DNA from: the human T2T-CHM13v2.0 reference genome, Homo sapiens
Length of the DNA stretch: 64,000 nt
NCBI GenBank assembly: GCA_009914755.4
Contig: CP068257.2
Coordinates: forward strand, 36,896,001 to 36,960,000
Direction of reading: 5' to 3'
Position numbers and translations under genes: made by a program. Below are positions 56,276-64,000 of the stretch, piece after piece. The notes under the pieces are model-generated. The model saw only the letters and a program-made list of their open reading frames with translations, was not told the DNA's origin and ran no database searches. The stretch's first letter is position 1; every line of letters begins with the position of its first letter.

Positions 56276-59015
56276 CATAAAAATGAGCAAAAGTATAAAA
56301 GCCAAAGGGAAAAGGAAGCCAAGGGGTGAAAATCCTAATTACAAACAAATCCTGGGTAAGCTGGGTTTTTAGTCCTTCCCCACATGTGAACAGCAACTAG
56401 AAACCTGAACAGTGACTTTGTTTCCCCTGTCATCCATTGTTGGTGCCTGATCCTCACACAAAATCTTACGGAGCAGTATCTAGTGATTAGCTTAGCTGAA
56501 TTGAGCCTGGACACCCTTCATGAGCTGGAGGACAGAGGACGTGTCGATGGAGGGTCCAACTTCAGGCATCTGTACTCGCCTGCTACAGGTGAGTGGACCT
56601 ATGAACCCCCAGCCTCATCAAGCACCCGAGGGTCACCTGCCTGCTTCACCTGGAAGAGACAGCAAGGTGTGATCCCAGGAAGATCCTCTGCCAGGAGGCT
56701 TACAGGCAGAAGCAGCGGCTGCTGAACATAGATGCTGTCGGCAGGACACAGGGGTGATAGGGGGTGAGCCAGTGGAGCAGGTGAAGGTGCAGACTACAGG
56801 CAGCCCCCCTGAGATCCTGCCCAGACCCCAGCAGCAGCTCCCCTGTCCCTCTCTAGCAGCTTCGCTGTGCCCGAAGTGTTTGAGAACAGGTGACCCATGC
56901 CCTGAGTGGCAGATGCTGTGTCTTTTTGATCCCTTCTCTCCCTCCCCCCCCACCCCCAGTGGGGTACATGGAAGGTTTGCTAAATGTTTGTTGAATGAAT
57001 AAACGAGCCCAAGTCAGAAGCAGTCTCCAAATCATTCCTCATCGCAAAAGGGTGCGGTGGAAAAACTCACAAAGCCAAGGCAGGAGGACACACTCAACTT
57101 GGAAACGGCCCGTGCCCAGCTTTGGAACAGGCACAGCCTGAGCTTCAAGGAAGTCACTTGACCAGCAGTAGCTCCCACCTTTCCTTGCAGCTAGAACAGC
57201 ATCAGACCAAGTGATCTCTAATGTGATGATTTGCTAAAGTACAATGAGTTTTACAACTAGAAAGTACCTTCCTCTCAAGACTGACTTCACTATGAGCCAC
57301 CTAATTTTTCCTCTCTCTTCTTTTGGTATTTTTGTTGCAAATAGTACACACAAAACAGGATATATAATCTATTTGTGCAATTTAAAGAATAAGAAGCAAA
57401 CACCTTTGCATGTACTCCCTAGTCCACAACAGTCAGCCCCAGGACCTCAGAAGCCCCTTATGCCTTTCCCCTAAAACTCTCCCCTCCCTGACAAGGTAAT
57501 TCCAATGCTGAGTTATGTGGTTTTTTTTCCTTATTTTTCTTTTCAACACATATTACGTTTCTCTGAATAATATGCTTTTTAATGTTGCCTCTTTTTAATC
57601 TTTATTTGTGGAATCATATTGTATGTAATCTGTGACTTTTTTCTACTCACATATGAGAACCATCCACACTGATACATGGCTACAGATAGACACTTGGAGT
57701 TTATTTTTCACTGCTGTATAGTACTCCATTGGTGGAGTACAATAGGTTTATGTATCCACTTTTCTGTAGATGGACACTTGGGTTGTTCTGTTTTTGCTCA
57801 TACATACCTCCTGGTGCTCAGGTACAAGGGAATACAGACCCAGGGTGAGACTGCTGGATCACAGGCTAGGCACATCTTCAGCTTTACTAGGTAACACCAA
57901 GCCAATACAAAAGTGCTTGTACAAACTCATGCTCCTGCCAGCATGGAGGACCCACTGTGCCACATAAAAACATCACTGTTATTAACTTGTTTTATTTGCA
58001 TATGATTATTTTTTCCCTTATCCCCAACCACTTCTCAAAGCAACTAGCCAGCATGTGCCACATAGGCAAGCACCCACTCCAATGTGATCTATATGGTTAG
58101 GTATGTATGTACCCTGGAAAACCCTGTGATGTTGCTTGAGGAGTATATAACTTTTTTATGTATGTAAGTAGCATGTGCTACAAAGCGCGTTCTGTTTTCT
58201 GTATTTTTCACTCCACTCAGTGTTTTGTAAAACATGCTCATGTTGCTCCATAGGTATCAGAGACAGGATGATGTTTTATCTTTAAGATGGGTACGCCACC
58301 CTCATTTTATAGATCACAGTGATAGCTCACAATTGTTTAGTACTCAGTGGGGTCTAAATGTACTAACTCGTTTAATCTCCCACGAACCCTGCAAAACAGA
58401 TGCTTCCGTTTCATATAAAATGAGACCAAGGCACAAAGAAACTAAGGAACTTGTACAAAATCACCAAGTTAGTAAACATCAGAGCAGGATTTGAATTGAG
58501 CCAGAATGTGTTCTTATCCACGACATGAAACTGGATAAGAATGCAAAGCTCAGAGAATTTTCATGACTAGCATCTCTGGGATTCACAGCTGGCGACCACG
58601 GAGCAGAACTAATATACAGATGGTTCCCCTCTCAGTCCAGTCCTCATTCCATCGGCTCCAAAATGTGTATTATTCTATATGATTAGCTGGTGAACAACAA
58701 AGGCAATTAGTTAGTCCTCTTCAGCAAATGTTAGTAAATGAAAATATTATAGAGACAGAACTCTTTTTAGGAAATGCAATCATGTGAATTTAAAAATGCT
58801 TTATCAGAAATAGAATTAATGACAAAAATATTTATAGGATCCTAAGAAAATGGATTTGCTATTTTTTTTGTCGGCTGATGATAATCATCTGGGTGCATCT
58901 TTGGTTGTGACAGCTCCACCCCTTCAGAGAGTTGGATCTTCATACACACCTAACATGCTAAGAGTAGATGTGCATGATATGGTAGTTAGTATAATTTCTG
59001 TAATAAAAAAAGTAC

Positions 59016-59320
59016 TTGGTCATGCCTGTAATCCCAGCATTTTGGGAGGCTGAGGTGGGAGGATTGCTTGAGCCCAGAGTTTGAGACCAGCCTGGGCAAG
59101 ATAGTGAGACCTTGTCTCTGCAAAAAAAATAAAAATTAGCTGGGTGTAGCGGTGCACACCTGTAGTCCCAGCTACTCAGGAGGTTGAGGCAGGAAGATCG
59201 CTTGAGCCTGGGAGGCAGAGGCTGCAGTGAGCCATAATCATACCACTGCACTCCAGCCTGGGCAACAGAGCAAGACTATGTCTTAAAAAAAATAAATAAA
59301 AATAAATAATAAATAAAAAA
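59016..59320 (+). mobile_element. Alu SINE, sense, 5'-truncated by ~15 bp, (AAATA)n-rich tail
   Basis: tggtcatgcctgtaatcccagcattttgggaggctgaggtgggaggattgcttgagcccagagtttgagaccagcctgggcaagatagtgagaccttgtctctgcaaaaaaaataaaaattagctgggtgtagcggtgcacacctgtagtcccagc ... gcaagactatgtcttaaaaaaaataaataaaaataaataataaataaaaaa. ORF 58958-59251(-) is the Alu peptide. Confidence 0.85.
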
Positions 59321-59745
59321 TTTTTAAAAAAGGTACCTGGAACGGCCTGCAAAGAAAGGGAAATCAAATTATGCTTCAAGACAGTCACTATTATCACTGA
59401 CAGAGAAGCAGCTAAAATAAACAGCCTGCTCATTTTGTTTGTAAATGAATTGCCACAATTCTTGCACTATTTAAATCAAGAATATTTTATATTCCATAGT
59501 TTTCAACCACCCCTCCTTTTTTTATTGTTTCCAGCTCCTTAAACATATAAAAGGATAAAAGCCATTTGTTCTGGCAGAAAAGAGTCATCATAAATTTTGC
59601 AGAGTGAATTTCTCTAAGATGAAAGGAATGTTCCTCTCCTCCAGGACAGCCTACGGACAGGACTGTGATGACACAGAGTCTTCACGGGAATCACACCTGC
59701 AGTGTTAAGCCACTTCTGTGGAAAACTCAAGTCCTTCTCAGATAA

Positions 59746-60238
<493 letters not shown>

Positions 60239-60631
60239 TCAAAAACTCCCATATCAGGCATTTTAATGAATCAGTGGAAGAAAATTATCCTCCCAACTTT
60301 GTTGTCAAGAACCCCAATTTCATATGCAGAAAAAAGAATTACAAAAATAATTATTCGAATTCTAATTGGTGGGATTTTGATAGGTTTATAAAGGAAATAA
60401 ATATCTTTAACACAATTCTACCTCGCAGCCAACATCAGCTATTAGCAACCACACTTCTTATTGCCAGTTCATCTCTCCAAACACACAGAAGCCATGTGAG
60501 TTGAAATTTATTTTTTAAAAACTCTCAGTTATGATTTCTCAAAATTATATTTCATATATTGACATCAACCAATATGATGATGATATTATATATTGACATT
60601 AACCAATACGATCAACCAATATGATGATAAT

Positions 60632-61657
60632 TGTAGGGAAAAGAAAGAGAGATCTGACTGTTACTGTGTCTATGTAGAAAGGAAAGACATAAGAGACTCC
60701 ATTTTGAAAAAGACCTGTACTTTAAACAATTGCTTTGCTGAGATGTTGTTAATTTGTAGCTTTGCCCCAACCACTTTGCCCTAGCCACTTTGACCCAACC
60801 TGGAGCTCACAAAAACATGTGTTGTATAAAATCAATGTGTAAGGGATCTAGGGCTGTGCAGGACGTGCCTTGTTAACATGTTTACAAGCAGTATACTTGG
60901 TAAAAGTCATCGCCATTCTCTAGCCTCAATAAACCAGGGGCACAATGCACTGCGGAAAGCCGCAGGGACCTCTGCCCTTGAAAGCGGGGTATTGTCCAAG
61001 GTTTCTCCCATGTGATAGTCTGAAATATGGCCTCGTGGGATGAGAAAGACCTGACTGTCCCCCAGCCCGACACCCGTAAAGGGTCTGTGCTGAGGTGGAT
61101 TAGTAAAAGAGGAAAGCCTCTTGCAGTTGAGATAGAGGAAGGCCACTGTCTCCTGTCTGCCCCTGGGAACTGAATGTCTCAGTATAAAACCCAATTGTAC
61201 ATTTGTTCAATTCTGAGATGAGAGAAAAACCGCCCTATGGTGGAAGGTGAGACATGTTTACAGCAATGCTGCTTTGTTATTCTTTACTCCGCTGAGATGT
61301 TTGGGTGGAGAGAAACATACATCTGGCCTATGTGCACATCCAGGCATAGTACCTTCCCTTGAACTTAATTATGACATAGATTCTTTTGCTCACATGTTTT
61401 TTGCTGACCTTCTCCTTATTATCACCCTGCTCTCCTACTACATTCCTTTTTGCTAAAATAATGAAAATAATAATCAATTAAAACCGAGGGAACTCAGAGG
61501 CCGGTGCCGGTGCAGGTCCTTGGTATGCTGAGCGCCGGTCCCCTGAGCCCACTGTTGTTTCTCTATACTTTGTCTCTGTGTCTTATTTCTTTTCTCAGTC
61601 TCTCGTCCCACCTGACTAGAAATACCCACAGTTGTGGAGGGGAAGGTCACCCCTTCA
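60632..61657 (+). mobile_element. Solo LTR of HERV-K (HML-2), LTR5 family (LTR5A/B-like rather than LTR5_Hs), 1026 bp, TG...CA termini, 6-bp TSD GATAAT
   Basis: Starts tgtagggaaaagaaagagagatctgactgttactgtgtctatgtagaaaggaaagacataagagactccattttg. Contains ...ctgcggaaagccgcagggacctctgcccttgaaagcggggtattgtccaaggtttctcccatgtgatagtctgaaatatggcctcgtgggatgagaaagacctgactgtcccccagcccgacacccgtaaagggtctgtgctgaggtggattagtaaaagaggaaag ... gtctcagtataaaacccaattgtac ... ggaactcagaggccggtgccggtgcaggtccttggtatgctgagcgccggtcccctgagcccactgttgtttctctatactttgtctctgtgtcttatttcttttctcagtctctcgtcccacctgactagaaatacccacagttgtggaggggaaggtcaccccttca. Flanks are gatgataat|TG...CA|gataataag. There is no primer-binding site (tggcgcccaacgtgggg) or internal sequence downstream, so this is a solo LTR. 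Confidence 0.85.
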
Positions 61658-64000
61658 GATAATAAGATAAATCAGAGCCGAAAACATAGTTCATTCCTGA
61701 AATCAAATATAGAACGTTTCTACCAACACACATTTTCAAAGATGGTGTTTTCAGGTTTGTATGGGATTGTTTCACCTTTATGAATTAGCTTTTTAAAACC
61801 TGTAATACTTTCTTGCTGACTTCATCATTTCCTTCTGGTTGCCTGGAGGGGTGGTGTGGAATGCTAATAAAATGAATTTCAGTTGCCGTCCCTCACAATC
61901 TGAACTATAGAAGATATTTATTGTCTCAACTTCCCTATGAGCTTTTCTTTGCATCATGCAGCTTCATGGTCAGCAGACACTAAAAATTAAAGAAAGTCTT
62001 TCTCCCACTTTACTTGTGTAGCACAGACACACTGATCAAATATGTTCCCAGCACTTCCGAAGAAACCTTATCACATCCACAAGAGATTTCCTACTTGCAC
62101 TTTTTTTGATAAACACAACCATCATAGCCCAACAAAACATCACACAGAAATCAAATTATAGTGTCCCCATAAGCATCTGCTCCTCTATGGCCTTGGGCAA
62201 AATTTAGAATCCTCGACATCCCTAGAGTTACCACAATCTCTGAAAGTGAAGGAGCACCCACAAAGCTCAAGGAATGCATTGAAACTCTTATTACTTCCAA
62301 TTCCATTTTCAAAAAAAGTAAATGTGTGTGCATGTGAGCTGCACATGGTCCAGAATGCCTCACCAAATGTATTGTTTTAAAATGTGTGTACGTCCATGTG
62401 TAATTGTATGTGTGGGATTTTGAAAGGCTTTTTATATTTTATTCAAAAAGGTACACTTTTCAATATCACAAACTTTGCTTTCAATTATAAGCCCTTCCCA
62501 TTTTCAATTAATGTTTTAGGCAAGGAATATACATTAGTAAAACCAACCACACCACTTAGGGAAAATGAATTAGTATGGGGAAAGTGAAGAACTGGCCATG
62601 CAGTCAATTACTTTGGCCAGCATAGATATAGTTGAACTAACCAGCACAGGTGTAGACAGCCTGTTTGGATAAGGTAGCTTAAGCCCCAATTTTTTCTGCA
62701 GTCTTTATTTTTGTCAAATATATGAAAACTACCATCTCATTTCCTCCCTGTAGCTATTACCCACATGTATGTGTAGTGTCAAAATAAATGGCCAGAGTCC
62801 TCTCAGGGACCTCCCTTGGCACAAGTCGCACTTCCTCACCCTCTCACCTCCAGAGCCTCAGGAAGTGCAGGTCAGAAAGCAGCCAGGGCAGGTGTGAGGT
62901 GATGGAGCGCTGAGTGTCGGCGAGCCCAGATAAAACAACGTTCCAACATCGGAAATCCAATCATTCACCTACTTGTCTCCTGCTCGCTAACCCCAGGCAA
63001 GTATAAAGGAGATGGAATTATAACAGGAGTTAGAAGAATTTGGATGTGATTTCATATATTAACTCAGCAAAATTTTTTCTGAAAAGGTCCAGACAGTAAA
63101 TATTTTCAGCTGGCAGGCCATATGGTCTTTGTCGAACCTACTCAACTGTGCCATTATGGAGTGAAGGCAGCCACAGATGATATAGAAATGAATGCATGGG
63201 GCTGTGTTCCAATAAAGCTTTCTTTATGGACACTGAAATGTAAATTTCATGCAATTTACATGTGTTACGAAATATGCTTCTTTTGATTTTTCAACCATTT
63301 AAAAAAGTAAAAACCATTTTCTTAGCTCCTGGGCTGTGTTGACTGACCCCTAATTAACTGATATGTGGGCTGCTATCCATGAAAACCTAGGCACAGAGGA
63401 AGGCAGAGCTGGCTTCCCAGCCAAGACGGGACTTACCTTGATATGAGCTGCTGGGTCCGGGACAGTCTGAATCATGTCCTTCAGTAAGCCAGCCCATCTA
63501 CCAGCTGTTCAGAACCTGACGGCTAGAAGACAAAAGGAACAACATACATAATAATAAACAATTGCATTTCTGTGTTTTATGTTCTAGCAGGACAGGACAC
63601 AATTCACCAATGGCAAAAGAATCATAGCTTTACATTAAACATGTTTGCCTAAAGGCATCCTCTAGGTACGTGTGGTCCATGAGGTGACTAGATAACTCAC
63701 TTCCCTTCCATTGGGAAAATCACTTACAATGAGCCCAAGAGAACCCTAGTCCGACAGGACAGAAGAATCTAGCTCAAGCTAACCCACATCACATGCAGCA
63801 TCCACACATCCTTCCACGTGGGCAGCATCTAATGAGGGATCCATTAAAGGAAGACGTGGGACTAAAACAGGGCATACTTCTCTATCATACTGAGAAAACA
63901 GGACTTTGAAATCCCACCAAAACTCTATGCGATCTGCACATCCTTTTCAGCTTCGTTATTAAGTTCTTAGTAAACAGCACAGCTACCGTTCATTGAGTAC

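Overview
This window is not prokaryotic. It is primate (human-like) nuclear DNA that is AT-rich, globally CpG-depleted and densely packed with interspersed repeats. I can support about 13 Alu SINEs in both orientations, several with intact target-site duplications and long pure poly-A tails. I can support at least 7 L1 LINE fragments: a nested L1-in-L1 insertion, a nested antisense L1PA fragment, and a 5'-inverted 'twin-priming' L1. There is also one solo HERV-K (HML-2) LTR5 with a 6-bp TSD, a MIR, a MER5-like DNA-transposon fossil, MaLR-like LTR remnants, a perfect (ATCT)12 STR, a (CA)n repeat, a 30-bp x3 minisatellite and a T30 run. I found no confident protein-coding gene, rRNA, tRNA or CRISPR array. 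Almost every ORF in the supplied six-frame track is a translation of Alu sequence (the recurring '...[12 protein letters not shown]...PANF...' peptide), of L1 ORF2 remnants (e.g. 3957-4217+, 39225-39410-, 40702-40914+), or of low-complexity DNA. The most unusual non-repeat signal is a ~370-bp block at 55500-55870 that has kept a near-expected CpG frequency (18 CpGs) inside otherwise CpG-poor DNA. It sits next to a 30-bp minisatellite and is a candidate unmethylated regulatory element or promoter. A nearby ORF ending in a perfect CAG|GTGAGT splice donor (56483-56604) is a speculative exon candidate. No novel prokaryote-style system (defence, CRISPR, operon) is present, and I do not claim one.
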